64,000 nt of DNA from positions 32,001-96,000 of the forward strand of contig JBBIGR010000007.1 in the NCBI GenBank assembly GCA_037447435.1, in the 5' to 3' direction. A model generated the notes under the pieces. That model had not been told where the DNA came from. It was given only the letters and a program-made list of their open reading frames with translations, and ran no database searches. Below are positions 1-9,308 of the stretch, piece after piece (position 1 is the stretch's first letter; each line of letters starts with the position of its first letter). The position numbers and the translations under genes were made by a program. Origin of the DNA: Fibrobacteria bacterium (GTDB taxonomy: Bacteria > Fibrobacterota > Chitinivibrionia > Chitinivibrionales > FEN-1185).

Positions 1-1
1 T

Positions 2-874
2 GCCTGTAATGAAGTTTTAATTAATTTCGGACCTGTTTCATCTCAAGTTGTTGGTGGAAATTTAACTTTCACCCAGCTTAAAACCGAAATTGATGGGGGA
101 AGACCAATTATGGTCGGTTGGAAAATTCCTGGGGATGCGAATATTATCGGACATGCTGTATTAATTAAAGGTTATACCAGTTCTAATGTTGTATATAATG
201 ATCCTGCAGATGGCGGCGAACATTCCGATTTGACTTATGCAGATTTTGTAGATAATAATGTGCATACTTGGGATGAATCGTTAGTAATGACTTCTCTGCC
301 ACCATGGATAACAGGTGTAAATGATTATGTTAAAATCACCTCTGGTCCTTCAGGTTTCACTTATCCAGGAAGTTCATCAACTTATACCTGTGCTTTCACA
401 GGTGTTCCACCTTGCAATGCATCAAGCTTTAATTGGAGTATTGGTTTTGAATATGCTGGAGGAACTTATACCGTAGCAAATGCCACAAGACTTGGCAGCA
501 ATTATTCTACATGGTTGGTCCAAAGTTTTACATTGCCCGCAGGCTATCCTTGGCTACGAAAAGATAATGGCCTTGTGATGGGAAAAGTTTTAGTAACAAC
601 TACTGACTCTGATAATATTCCTCATTCAGATTTTCTCATGCTTACCTATGCAGAACAAAATCCTTATCCTAATTACATATACTTTGAAAACCAGACAGTT
701 TCTTCGTCACAACCCGATGTCACAGCGCATAATGGTGTTTCATTGACTAATGATGTTATAACATCAGGAGGTTCAGTTTCTATTAAAGGCGGAAACAGCA
801 TTACTATCAATGACGGTGTAAATATTCAAAACGGCAGTACGGTGAATTTTATTGTTGATCCGAATCTGCAGTAA
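2..874 (+). CDS. Papain-like (C39-like) cysteine peptidase domain protein with beta-rich C-terminal domains; 5'-truncated by window edge
   Basis: Frame is open from position 2. EIDGGRPIMVGW...GHAVLIKGY...YNDPA matches the His/Asp half of papain-like peptidases. AT-rich codon usage. Confidence 0.6.
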   Translation, partial: ACNEVLINFGPVSSQVVGGNLTFTQLKTEIDGGRPIMVGWKIPGDANIIGHAVLIKGYTSSNVVYNDPADGGEHSDLTYADFVDNNVHTWDESLVMTSLPPWITGVNDYVKITSGPSGFTYPGSSSTYTCAFTGVPPCNASSFNWSIGFEYAGGTYTVANATRLGSNYSTWLVQSFTLPAGYPWLRKDNGLVMGKVLVTTTDSDNIPHSDFLMLTYAEQNPYPNYIYFENQTVSSSQPDVTAHNGVSLTNDVITSGGSVSIKGGNSITINDGVNIQNGSTVNFIVDPNLQ

Positions 875-894
875 GACTTTGGCAGGAGGTAACA

Positions 895-926
895 AAAAAG
901 CCCTTGTCGATCGACAAGGGCTTTTT
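895..926. terminator. Bidirectional intrinsic terminator (perfect 32-bp palindrome)
   Basis: aaaaagcccttgtcga|tcgacaagggcttttt lies between convergent genes. Confidence 0.85.
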
Positions 927-951
927 ATGTAACTTTTTCCGGCGAGACGGC

Positions 952-1269
952 TTAGCGTCTGCCGCCGCGATGAGGACGATCGCCGCGTTCTCCGCGGTCG
1001 CGATGACCGGAATGAGGACGTGGTGTTGCTTCGCGGTCCCATGCCTTATTAACACGCAAGGGGCGTCCGCCGAAATCTTTTCCGTTTAAATCGGACACTG
1101 CTCCATCGGCGTTTTCCATATCGATAAACCCGAAACAACGCGAACGATGGCGTTTGCCGTGCGTGATTATTTTCGCGGCACGCACCATTCCGACTTTCTC
1201 AAAATGCAATTTAAGGTCCGCTTCGGTTGCGTCGTGGGGAAGATTGCTCACAAAGACTTTCTCTATCAC
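952..1269 (-). CDS. RRM (RNP-1) RNA-binding protein
   Basis: RNP2 VFVSNL, RNP1-like RCFGFIDM, LNGKDFGGRPLRVNKA, Arg/Gly-rich tail. GTG start with AAGGAG RBS. Confidence 0.9.
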   Translation of the reverse strand: MIEKVFVSNLPHDATEADLKLHFEKVGMVRAAKIITHGKRHRSRCFGFIDMENADGAVSDLNGKDFGGRPLRVNKAWDREATPRPHSGHRDRGERGDRPHRGGRR

Positions 1270-1354
1270 GTTTTGCTCCTTATCACGTTTTTAAAAAATT
1301 TAAGTCTGCTCGTAAACGGGCAGAATAGTTAATAAGTATCGGTTATTTTCCGTA

Positions 1355-1666
1355 TTACCAGCGCTGGCTTTGGCCGCGATTACCGCCGTCGAATCCGCCG
1401 CGTCCGCCGCCGCCGCGTTTGCGGTCTTCGCGTTCGCGTGCTTCGTTTACCGTAAGAGCCCGTCCGCCGAATTCTTTACCATTAAGCTGCGCAATAGCCT
1501 CGTCGGCATTTTCCATTTCAACAAAGCCGAATCCGCGCGGACGACCGGTTTCACGATCGTTTATGAGCGTGACGCTGGTCACTTCGCCGTATTGCGAAAA
1601 CAATGCTTTGATTTCTTCCTCAGTCGAATTGAAACTAAGGTTACCGACGTATAATTTCTTGGCCAC
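1355..1666 (-). CDS. RRM (RNP-1) RNA-binding protein, Gly-rich tail
   Basis: [33 protein letters not shown]. Likely GTG start at 1666 after GGAGG (ORF track starts at 1678). Confidence 0.93.
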   Translation of the reverse strand: MAKKLYVGNLSFNSTEEEIKALFSQYGEVTSVTLINDRETGRPRGFGFVEMENADEAIAQLNGKEFGGRALTVNEAREREDRKRGGGGRGGFDGGNRGQSQRW

Positions 1667-1724
1667 AAGATCCTCCATATCCTAAAGTTAACAATGAACA
1701 TACCGCGGCGGAAAGTGCCCGGTA

Positions 1725-2039
1725 TTACTCCGCTTTGTCACCGGCTTCTTTTTCGCCCGCGTCAATCCAGTTCTGGAGCGTGCCGATGATTTTTTTTGCC
1801 TGGTCTATGCTTGAAATATTGAATTTCGATTGTTGCCGGTAGTCGTCGTTTCTTTTGCGGTAGCGGCGAATGGTGTACAGGATCTGGCCGTATTTCTGAT
1901 TAGCGGCTTCCCATTGCTGGTACTTGAACATGAGTGTCGCCCAGGATCCTTTTGAAAGAATCACTTTGTCGAGTTCCTTGACAAGAAGGATCCCGTTTTC
2001 TTCGTAATTAATGGTTATGTCATTAACATCCGACGGCAT
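1725..2039 (-). CDS. Conserved-looking hypothetical protein (basic, beta-rich)
   Basis: 104-aa ORF with AAGGA RBS, co-oriented with the RRM genes; IRRYRKRN basic patch. Confidence 0.7.
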   Translation of the reverse strand: MPSDVNDITINYEENGILLVKELDKVILSKGSWATLMFKYQQWEAANQKYGQILYTIRRYRKRNDDYRQQSKFNISSIDQAKKIIGTLQNWIDAGEKEAGDKAE

Positions 2040-2255
2040 TCTGACGTTCCTTTTCTTTAAAAACCGATATGGTATTTATCGCATATCGAGATGGGCTGTG
2101 GCGGCCTTTGTGGACCAGATATAAATACAAAGATACAATGGCGTGCGGACGAGAAGCAAAACAATAGTTACATGTTTGAAACCGTATTGCAAAAGAAGCC
2201 TTCAATGACGTATTTATAGAGGCTATAAAAAAAGAATCCTTTACCGGAGTTTTCC

Positions 2256-3089
2256 ATGCGTTTTATGAAGCTTGAAGGTTTGGCCAATGATTTTATCGTG
2301 ACTCACGATGCTCTTAGTGGTGATGAAAAAGTGCTTTCTACGATACGGGAAAAAAGCGTGGCGCTTTGTGACCGGCGCAGGGGTATTGGTGCAGACGGCG
2401 TTCTCTGCGTTTTGCCTTCGAAAAAGGCCTCTTTTATGATGCGCGTTTTTAATTCCGACGGCAGCGAAGCGGAAATGTGCGGAAACGGCATTCGTTGTTT
2501 TGCCGTTTACCTTCAAAAGCTCGGTTTAAACACACAGGACACCGTGGCCATAGAGACGCCGCGAGGAATAATAACCACATCGCGTCGCGGTGACGAAATA
2601 CGCGTGGACATGGGTGCGCCCATTCTTGAAGCATCCAAAGTTCCTACTGTTATAAATCAGGGTCGGGTGATAATGCATCCCCTGGAGGTCGAGGGGAAAC
2701 AATATCGGGTGACTGCAGTTTCGATGGGCAATCCGCATGCGATCATTTATGCCGATGAATTGACCGATGACCTTGTTCTGGGAACTGGAAAATTGATTGA
2801 GCGGCATGAATTTTTTCCAAAGAAAACAAACGTCGAATTCATAAAAGTTGTGAATGATAAGGAAATCGTCATGCGCGTTTTTGAACGCGGTTGCGGTGAA
2901 ACAATGGCTTGCGGTACCGGTGCATGCGCAAGCGTTGTCAGCGGCGTTTTGAATAAAAAGCACGGAAATGCGGTTGTCGTGCATTTACTCGGCGGAGACC
3001 TTTTTATTGAATGGGATGGAAATCCCGATCATTCGGTTTTCATGACCGGTCCGGCAAAAGAGGTTTTTTCGGGTGACATTGCATTATGA
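2256..3089 (+). CDS. dapF: Diaminopimelate epimerase
   Basis: NDF, GIGADG, NSDGSEAEMCGNGIRC, MGNPH, ERGCGETMACGTGACA motifs. Confidence 0.97.
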   Translation: MRFMKLEGLANDFIVTHDALSGDEKVLSTIREKSVALCDRRRGIGADGVLCVLPSKKASFMMRVFNSDGSEAEMCGNGIRCFAVYLQKLGLNTQDTVAIETPRGIITTSRRGDEIRVDMGAPILEASKVPTVINQGRVIMHPLEVEGKQYRVTAVSMGNPHAIIYADELTDDLVLGTGKLIERHEFFPKKTNVEFIKVVNDKEIVMRVFERGCGETMACGTGACASVVSGVLNKKHGNAVVVHLLGGDLFIEWDGNPDHSVFMTGPAKEVFSGDIAL

Positions 3090-3346
3090 GCCTTTTCGAA
3101 ATTATAATGCTGATTTGTTTTGGAGTTAGTTGGCCGCTTTCCATAGAGAAAACAGTCCGCACCAAACGGGTCGATGGAAAAAGCCCTGTTTTTCTTTTGG
3201 TCGTTTGCCTTGGATATATCAGCGGCATTATTCATAAAATTATGTATTCCATGGATTGGGTCGTCACGTTATACATCATAAATCTGCTTTTGGTTTTTAC
3301 AGACTGCGCTTTATACTTTCGTTATAGAAAGCCGGTGTCCGCGTAA
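3086..3346 (+). CDS. Small 3-TM PQ-loop/SemiSWEET-like membrane protein
   Basis: 86 aa, three hydrophobic helices, FGVSWP...GKS pattern; 4-nt ATGA overlap with dapF. Confidence 0.7.
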   Translation: MSLFEIIMLICFGVSWPLSIEKTVRTKRVDGKSPVFLLVVCLGYISGIIHKIMYSMDWVVTLYIINLLLVFTDCALYFRYRKPVSA

Positions 3347-3690
3347 GGGGTGGCAGGTAAAAAAAAGACGCCTAAAATAATAATAATAGATTTCTATACT
3401 ATTCTATTGTACAATTTAGTATATTATCCGCTCGTTTTTAGGTGCTTGGACAATAAAAAATATTGTTGAATCGTATTATAGGATAATCGCCAAAATAAGC
3501 AAACTGTGGGCTGGTCTTTCATCTGGTTCGAAAAAAAGACAAAATGGCCGAAAAATTAGTACGGCAATGCCTTTTCTCGCCGATGCGGATTCCGTGCAGT
3601 CAAAAGCTCAGTGTGATGCAAAAAATGGTTTTTGCCTTTGTAGTATGATTTTATAATATAAAAAGTGCATACAATTACCGAAAGAAAAAT

Positions 3691-4536
3691 ATGAGAACTG
3701 CGACATTGTTATCTGAAAAAGACTCACTTGATTTGTACCTTGATGAAATCAAAAACAATAAAACGCTCAGCAGTGCCGAAGAGGCGATATACGCCGTTCG
3801 AATCCGTAAAGGCGACAAACGCGCGCTTGAAGAGCTTGTCAAGGCCAACTTGCGGTTTGTCGTGAGCGTGGCACGAAATTATCAGAACCAGGGATTGCCC
3901 TTAAACGACCTCATCAATGAAGGCAACTTGGGTCTTATTAAAGCCGCCCGTAAATTCGACGAAAAGAAGAATTTCAAATTCATTTCCTATGCGGTCTGGT
4001 GGATTCGCCAGGCAATTTTGAAAGCCTTGGCCGAGCAGTCTCGTATTATCAATGTTCCTCTTCATCGCGTCGGCACGATCACCAATATCGGTAAAGCGCA
4101 AAACAAGCTCGAACAGGAATTGGAACGTTTACCGACGGCGGATGAAATTGCCCGCGAACTCGGTGTTGATGAACGTGAAATACAGGAAATCATGCGTATT
4201 GGAAACAGGCACGTTTCTTTGGACAAGCCGTTGCAGACGGACGAAGACGTGCGGCTTATCGATGCGCTTCATAACCACGATCAGGAATTGCCCGACACCG
4301 GCGCGATAAAAATTTCTTTATCCGGAGAGATTGAAAAGCTCCTTGATACGCTTTCGAATTCGGAAAAAGAAGTGATAAAGCTTTATTTCGGCATTGGCCA
4401 GGAAACGCCGCACACGCTTGAAGAAATCGGCAAACGGGTGCATTTGACTCGGGAACGTGTCCGCCAAATCAAGCAAAAAGGTTTGCGCAGACTCAGAAAT
4501 TCCTATCGCAGCAAAAAGCTTCGCACATTTATGTAA
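3691..4536 (+). CDS. RpoD/SigA-family sigma-70 factor lacking region 1.1
   Basis: LDLYLDEI (1.2), ANLRFVVSVA, DLINEGNLGL, FKFISYAVWWIRQ (2.3/2.4), TLEEIG...TRERVRQI (4.2); 281 aa. Confidence 0.95.
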   Translation: MRTATLLSEKDSLDLYLDEIKNNKTLSSAEEAIYAVRIRKGDKRALEELVKANLRFVVSVARNYQNQGLPLNDLINEGNLGLIKAARKFDEKKNFKFISYAVWWIRQAILKALAEQSRIINVPLHRVGTITNIGKAQNKLEQELERLPTADEIARELGVDEREIQEIMRIGNRHVSLDKPLQTDEDVRLIDALHNHDQELPDTGAIKISLSGEIEKLLDTLSNSEKEVIKLYFGIGQETPHTLEEIGKRVHLTRERVRQIKQKGLRRLRNSYRSKKLRTFM

Positions 4537-4553
4537 TCGCAACACATAACGCG

Positions 4554-4585
4554 AAGGAACGGGAAAGGCTTTTTTCCCGTTCCTT
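4554..4585 (+). terminator. 13-bp stem-loop after the sigma gene, abutting the next start codon
   Basis: aaggaacgggaaa-N6-tttcccgttcctt; short U tail. Confidence 0.6.
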
Positions 4586-4586
4586 T

Positions 4587-6245
4587 ATGGCCCACTTGAA
4601 AAAATCTTCCTTAACCGCTTTTTTATTCTTTGTCCTGTTCGTTTTTTTTGGCGCATTAAAGCTGGCTGTTTTTAATCAGCTCATTGTCGATGCCTCGGCA
4701 TTTCAGGCCTTTGCAAATAATTATTTCGGCAAAGTCGCGATCACCTTTTTGTTGACGCTCTTTGTAACGCTTCCGAAAAGACCGGCAGTTTTCATCGTCG
4801 TCTATTGTTGGCAAATGCTTTATATGTTTGTGAATTTATCGTATCACTTTAATTTTGACGGCTATTTACATGTCGGTCAATATATCGGTTTGTATTCCGA
4901 AGCTATGGACTTGGCCACCCATTCCGCAGTGCCGAAAGACATCCGTTTGTTGTGGCTGGCAATCGATTTGCCCTTTTTCGTCGGAATGATTTGGACCTAT
5001 TCGGGCGTCGGTACGGTATCTACCGCGTTTCGGGTACGGACCATATTGTATGGCGGCGCAATCGGGCTTTTTATCCTTGCATTGCATTGGGAGACACGAA
5101 ATGAAAAAATAGCCTCGGTTATGAACAATCCCTATTCAAGCGATATGGCCGTAGTCCGTCAATATGGGCTATTGACTTTTAATATCGTGGACCTGATAAA
5201 TTATCATGACGGGCAGCAGCATATAAAAAGCATCCGGTACGGCGGGCCCATTGCGTCGCAGGACACGGTCGGGCCGAGGCCGGGAATTATCGTGCTACAA
5301 ATCGAGTCGCTTGATGCTTTTATCGTGGACCGAAAATACCAAGACGCATATATTACGCCGTTTTTGCACGAGTTGACTTCGACGAGCGTGTATTATCCGT
5401 ATATGCTCAGTTATCACGAAGCCGGTTCGACGTCGGACTGCGAATTTTCGACGATAAACAGCATCGAGCCGTTTGAGGATTTCCCGTCTATAAAGATACG
5501 GAACTATGATTATGCCAATTCGATAATAAAGCCGCTGGCGTCGGGAGGGTATTCTGTCTTTGCGTTTCACGGGAACCGCGGTACGTATTTCAACCGCATC
5601 GCGGCATTCAAAAAAATGGGTTTCCGGCATTTTTTCGACATGCAGGAAATGGGTTTGCGGGAAATCGCGTGGGGCGCGCCCGACAAATCGGTGTTGGGAT
5701 TCGTCAACGCCCAGCTGCTTACGCAGAAATCGCCGTTTTTCTATTATGTCATTACCATGAGCAGTCATGAACCTTTTAATTTGACCCGATCGTATTACCA
5801 GAACAATACCTATGCAACGATACCGGACGAGAAAACGCGCGATTATTTCAACAGCATGTCGTACGTGGACGGGCAATTGCGGGAATTTGTGCGGGCGGTA
5901 CGTGCCGAACACCCGCAAACGATCATTGCAATTTGGGGTGATCATACTCCCGTTATCGCGAGAAACGTTTACAAGAGGGCCTCTTTTGTTTATAACAACA
6001 AACAATTCGAATTCGTTCCGTGTTTTATTCTAACTCCCGATAGGCAAGTGTACCGGGAAGCAAAAAACGTGGCTTCATTCATCGATGTGGCGCCCACGTT
6101 GCTTGCGTTCAGCAAAGTCCCGTACGCCGTCCGCAGCAACGGCAACAACCTTTGCAGACCGCCATTTGTCAATACGACGATTGACTACCGCGGGACGACG
6201 TATTCGCGCCGGGATTTGTATAGACAGATCAAGCAATTGCGATAG
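4587..6245 (+). CDS. LTA synthase (LtaS/MdoB) family membrane sulfatase-fold protein
   Basis: About 5 N-terminal TM helices, then QIESL, GSTSDCEF (catalytic Thr region), SSHEPF and GDH motifs. Confidence 0.88.
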   Translation: MAHLKKSSLTAFLFFVLFVFFGALKLAVFNQLIVDASAFQAFANNYFGKVAITFLLTLFVTLPKRPAVFIVVYCWQMLYMFVNLSYHFNFDGYLHVGQYIGLYSEAMDLATHSAVPKDIRLLWLAIDLPFFVGMIWTYSGVGTVSTAFRVRTILYGGAIGLFILALHWETRNEKIASVMNNPYSSDMAVVRQYGLLTFNIVDLINYHDGQQHIKSIRYGGPIASQDTVGPRPGIIVLQIESLDAFIVDRKYQDAYITPFLHELTSTSVYYPYMLSYHEAGSTSDCEFSTINSIEPFEDFPSIKIRNYDYANSIIKPLASGGYSVFAFHGNRGTYFNRIAAFKKMGFRHFFDMQEMGLREIAWGAPDKSVLGFVNAQLLTQKSPFFYYVITMSSHEPFNLTRSYYQNNTYATIPDEKTRDYFNSMSYVDGQLREFVRAVRAEHPQTIIAIWGDHTPVIARNVYKRASFVYNNKQFEFVPCFILTPDRQVYREAKNVASFIDVAPTLLAFSKVPYAVRSNGNNLCRPPFVNTTIDYRGTTYSRRDLYRQIKQLR

Positions 6246-6274
6246 ACGGCGTGTGCAATTGCGGGCAAAAAAAT

Positions 6275-6304
6275 AAAAAAAGGCGCATAAAGCGCCTTTT
6301 TTTT
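6275..6304. terminator. Bidirectional intrinsic terminator
   Basis: aaaaaaaggcgc-ataaa-gcgcctttttttt between convergent genes. Confidence 0.85.
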
Positions 6305-6323
6305 CATAAGGGCAATTAAGAAC

Positions 6324-7490
6324 TTATTTCGCGAGTTCCTTGATCTTGCGGATAATAAGGAGCGCTTCCGGTCCGCTCACGTTTTTGTTCAGACCGAATT
6401 CCCCGTTAAGCTCGGCGCTCATGACGCCTTTGTCTACCGCATTGCAAATAGCGTTGTACGCCGGGTGCGATGCATTGACGTCTGGAAAACGGCTTTCGGA
6501 ACCGATGTGCTTGGTAGCAAGCGACGGGTCGTGAAGTACCGCGATGATCGCGTCTTCGACGATAAGGGCATATTCGCCACGGTTTACAAGCTGGTCGGGA
6601 TGAAACGTATGGTCGGGATAGGGTTCCAATCCGCGAATTTTAAGATCGACGATGTCGGTAATGAAGTTCTTGGCCCAATGATTGGAAATGTCTGTCATTT
6701 CCGCCATTTTTACAACAGCGTCGGGCTGCATTTCGCGGGCATCGGTCGGCGCCTTATACGAATTGTCGTAATTTTTAGGGCGTTTTTTTTCAACGAGTTT
6801 GTCGATTTGCAATTCGGAAACAAACAATGCGGCAATATCGGCACGGCCGATTTTATCGACAAGGGAGATACGTTTTCCGACGTCGGTACCGGGTGCCGCG
6901 CGTTCGATCATCTGGACTAGTTGCCATTGGTCGTCGGCTTCTTTTGTAAAGTCTTTCTTCAGGTCGAGTACTTTGCGGAAATCTCCCGAGGCTTTTTGGA
7001 ATTCGTAGGCTTTTTTGTAACAGACGCCGCGACGATAATACACTTCGGAATTTTCGGGATCGATTTTCAATGCTTTCTCATATTCTTTTTCAACGTCTTT
7101 AAGCCATTCCTTTGCCGGTTTGCCTTCGTTCTGCATGGTTATCACATTGCCTTTTGCAACGAACCCGTCAACGATTTTATTGTCGAGCGATTGGCATTTG
7201 TCGGCGAGCTTGAGCGCCTCCTTGAAGTCACCTTTTTGCGCGGTGACCAAAGCCAATCCCGCATAGGCGGGAGCATATTTCGCATCGAGCGACGTTGCTA
7301 GATTGAATTCTTCCTGCGCTTTGTCGTATTTGCCGTCGTAATAATATTTCATTCCTTCTTTGCAATGTGTTTGCGGGGTGTCCATATAGCCGCCGGCTTT
7401 GCGCGCTTTGGGCGCACAGCCTATGGCAAAAACAAGGGCCGTGCTTACGGCGAAAAGGGAAAGAATTTTAAACGAATTTCTTATTGTCAT
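6324..7490 (-). CDS. Lipoprotein with TPR repeats and C-terminal SLH-like domains
   Basis: ATG at 7490 with AAAGGAG RBS; lipobox-like FAIGC; TPR helices; DISNHWA...YPDHTFHPDQLVNRGE and FPDV...HPAYNAI SLH-like repeats. Confidence 0.85.
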   Translation of the reverse strand: MTIRNSFKILSLFAVSTALVFAIGCAPKARKAGGYMDTPQTHCKEGMKYYYDGKYDKAQEEFNLATSLDAKYAPAYAGLALVTAQKGDFKEALKLADKCQSLDNKIVDGFVAKGNVITMQNEGKPAKEWLKDVEKEYEKALKIDPENSEVYYRRGVCYKKAYEFQKASGDFRKVLDLKKDFTKEADDQWQLVQMIERAAPGTDVGKRISLVDKIGRADIAALFVSELQIDKLVEKKRPKNYDNSYKAPTDAREMQPDAVVKMAEMTDISNHWAKNFITDIVDLKIRGLEPYPDHTFHPDQLVNRGEYALIVEDAIIAVLHDPSLATKHIGSESRFPDVNASHPAYNAICNAVDKGVMSAELNGEFGLNKNVSGPEALLIIRKIKELAK

Positions 7491-7576
7491 AGTTTGAATC
7501 TCCTTTGGATTGCGAACATGTGACCTCATCCGTTCACTCCGACTTCCTGGAGCGGATAGCTGAGGTAATCCTTTAA

Positions 7577-8428
7577 TTAGTCTACCACTAAAATCACGCG
7601 GCATTCGGATAAAAACTTGAGATTTTGTGCGGCGCTGCGCACATCGGCTGCGTCTGCACTGGATATTACCACGTCCGTTGCGTTATCGCCCTGAGCCTTG
7701 ACCGCTTTGATTTGTCCCGGTGTTTTTCCGACCCGGTCGAGTTTGGCTGCTGCCTTGACATCTTTGGAATATCCGACGATGCCGTATTTTATTGCCCATT
7801 CCCGCGTCACATAAGCGCTGCCGTATACCTCGCGTCCTTCTTCATCGATGATTTTAGGTGCAAGCGCGGGTTTGACCTTGAGGCCGCGGCAATCGATGAT
7901 GAGTCCGGTAAATACAGTTGCTTTTGACGCTTTGTTGCCTTCGAATGCCGTGATGGTCGGTTTGGCGCCGATAAGGCCGGAAAGCAATTGATCGTTGATG
8001 CCGCCGATGCCGTCGAGCGGAATGGCCATGGTGACTTCGACCGATCCGTCGCTCATATAACGCTCTTTGCCTTTTTGCTCGAAGCCGCGGACAAATCCGC
8101 TTACTTTACTTTGAATAACATCGCTTTTTGTCATGAAATTTTCAACGGTTGTGTTTGAATTAAGGAATATTCCTTTTATTGTTTCCAAAGCGTTTCGCAA
8201 GGCGATTTGTTGGGCGGCACGGATTGCGCCGGGGCGTTGGGCAGCTTCGGGCATCTCGGGATTCGGCGCGCCGATACCTTTCGAGTAAATAATGCGATTG
8301 GCCCAATCGATGCAGCCGCTTCCTTGATTGTCGGTCATGACCGTGTCCATGACAACCGGCTGCATTTCGGCTGCGGCAAATGATGCGGCAAACAGTCCCG
8401 CCGCAACCGCAGTCAATAATCTATTCAT
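7577..8428 (-). CDS. Secreted LPP20-like protein
   Basis: Signal peptide (AAA|E); SKGIG...AIRAAQQIALRNALE LPP20-like pattern; TGLIIDCRG C-terminal domain; GAGGAGG RBS. Confidence 0.75.
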   Translation of the reverse strand: MNRLLTAVAAGLFAASFAAAEMQPVVMDTVMTDNQGSGCIDWANRIIYSKGIGAPNPEMPEAAQRPGAIRAAQQIALRNALETIKGIFLNSNTTVENFMTKSDVIQSKVSGFVRGFEQKGKERYMSDGSVEVTMAIPLDGIGGINDQLLSGLIGAKPTITAFEGNKASKATVFTGLIIDCRGLKVKPALAPKIIDEEGREVYGSAYVTREWAIKYGIVGYSKDVKAAAKLDRVGKTPGQIKAVKAQGDNATDVVISSADAADVRSAAQNLKFLSECRVILVVD

Positions 8429-8495
8429 ACGACCTCCTCGTGAAAATGAAAAAATATAGGTTTACAGAAATTCAAGGTAATGGGCGAATAGTTAT

Positions 8496-8524
8496 AGTAT
8501 AAATTTACGTTTGTTTAATTTCAA
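8496..8524 (-). promoter_or_regulatory. Sigma70-type promoter for the LPP20/TPR-SLH operon
   Basis: Minus strand reads TTGAAA-N17-TATACT. Confidence 0.6.
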
Positions 8525-8529
8525 CAGTC

Positions 8530-8545
8530 TGTGACGTGCGTCACA
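8530..8545. promoter_or_regulatory. CRP/FNR-family binding site
   Basis: TGTGA-CGTGCG-TCACA is an exact TGTGA-N6-TCACA consensus, just upstream of the -35 box. Confidence 0.6.
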
Positions 8546-8552
8546 AAATCAA

Positions 8553-9272
8553 TTAAATAGTTTTACGGGCAATGCAAAACAAATAGCCGACATAGCGAAA
8601 TCCTTCGAGCCGGTAAAAAACATCAATTTCCTTATGAAAGGCCAGTTTTATCCGTTTGTCGGCGAAAAAACCTTTTTCGTCTTCGAGGCGGCGGGCCATA
8701 TGCGCATAATAATTGTCCCAGCCGCTTTGGGGAACCATTGCCATGAGATGGATGTCGAATCCGGCATTTGCGAGCAATTTTCTGTAGGATGCTTCGGTTT
8801 CATAATGATATTTCTCATCTTCAAAAATGCGTTTGACCTCATCCGGGACTTTTTCGGAAAGCGTTATTAAATCGGAAAACGCCAGCCAACCGCGGGGCAA
8901 TAACCAGGCCGAAGCCAGGGAAAGGCCTTTGGGCCTGGTTAAAAAAGAGAACGCGCCGCCTTCGGCGAGTACTAAATCGAACGGTTCGGGTTCGAAATTA
9001 CAATCGAGAATATTCCTGGTTTCGAAGGTAATGAGATGGCTCACGCCTTTGTCTATTGCAAGCGATCGGCCGAACGCGATGTTTTCTTCGCTCACGTCGA
9101 CTGCCGTGACCCGGCAGCGGAATTCCTGCGCCAGGTTCGTTGCGCCGTCGCCATAGCCGCAGCCGATATCAAGAACGCGGCTTGCTGGATTGACAAGGGC
9201 AAAACGGCCTGCGGCGAGGGTGAATTCCCGGCCAGCAGGCGATGAATAATTCGAATGCAAATCTGTGACCAT
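8553..9272 (-). CDS. Class I SAM-dependent methyltransferase
   Basis: VLDIGCGYG motif I, VTAVD, FDLV, LLPRGWL. Confidence 0.9.
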   Translation of the reverse strand: MVTDLHSNYSSPAGREFTLAAGRFALVNPASRVLDIGCGYGDGATNLAQEFRCRVTAVDVSEENIAFGRSLAIDKGVSHLITFETRNILDCNFEPEPFDLVLAEGGAFSFLTRPKGLSLASAWLLPRGWLAFSDLITLSEKVPDEVKRIFEDEKYHYETEASYRKLLANAGFDIHLMAMVPQSGWDNYYAHMARRLEDEKGFFADKRIKLAFHKEIDVFYRLEGFRYVGYLFCIARKTI

Positions 9273-9308
9273 GCTGTCCTCACTGTGGTGCGAAATCCGA
9301 ACCGATAC

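Noticed and set aside
3559..3576. Sigma54 box upstream of the sigma factor gene
   Set aside because: The -12 element reads TTTC and lacks the conserved GC; weak match.
3691..4536. Gene symbol rpoD or rpoS
   Set aside because: Cannot tell the primary sigma from a paralog without the rest of the genome.
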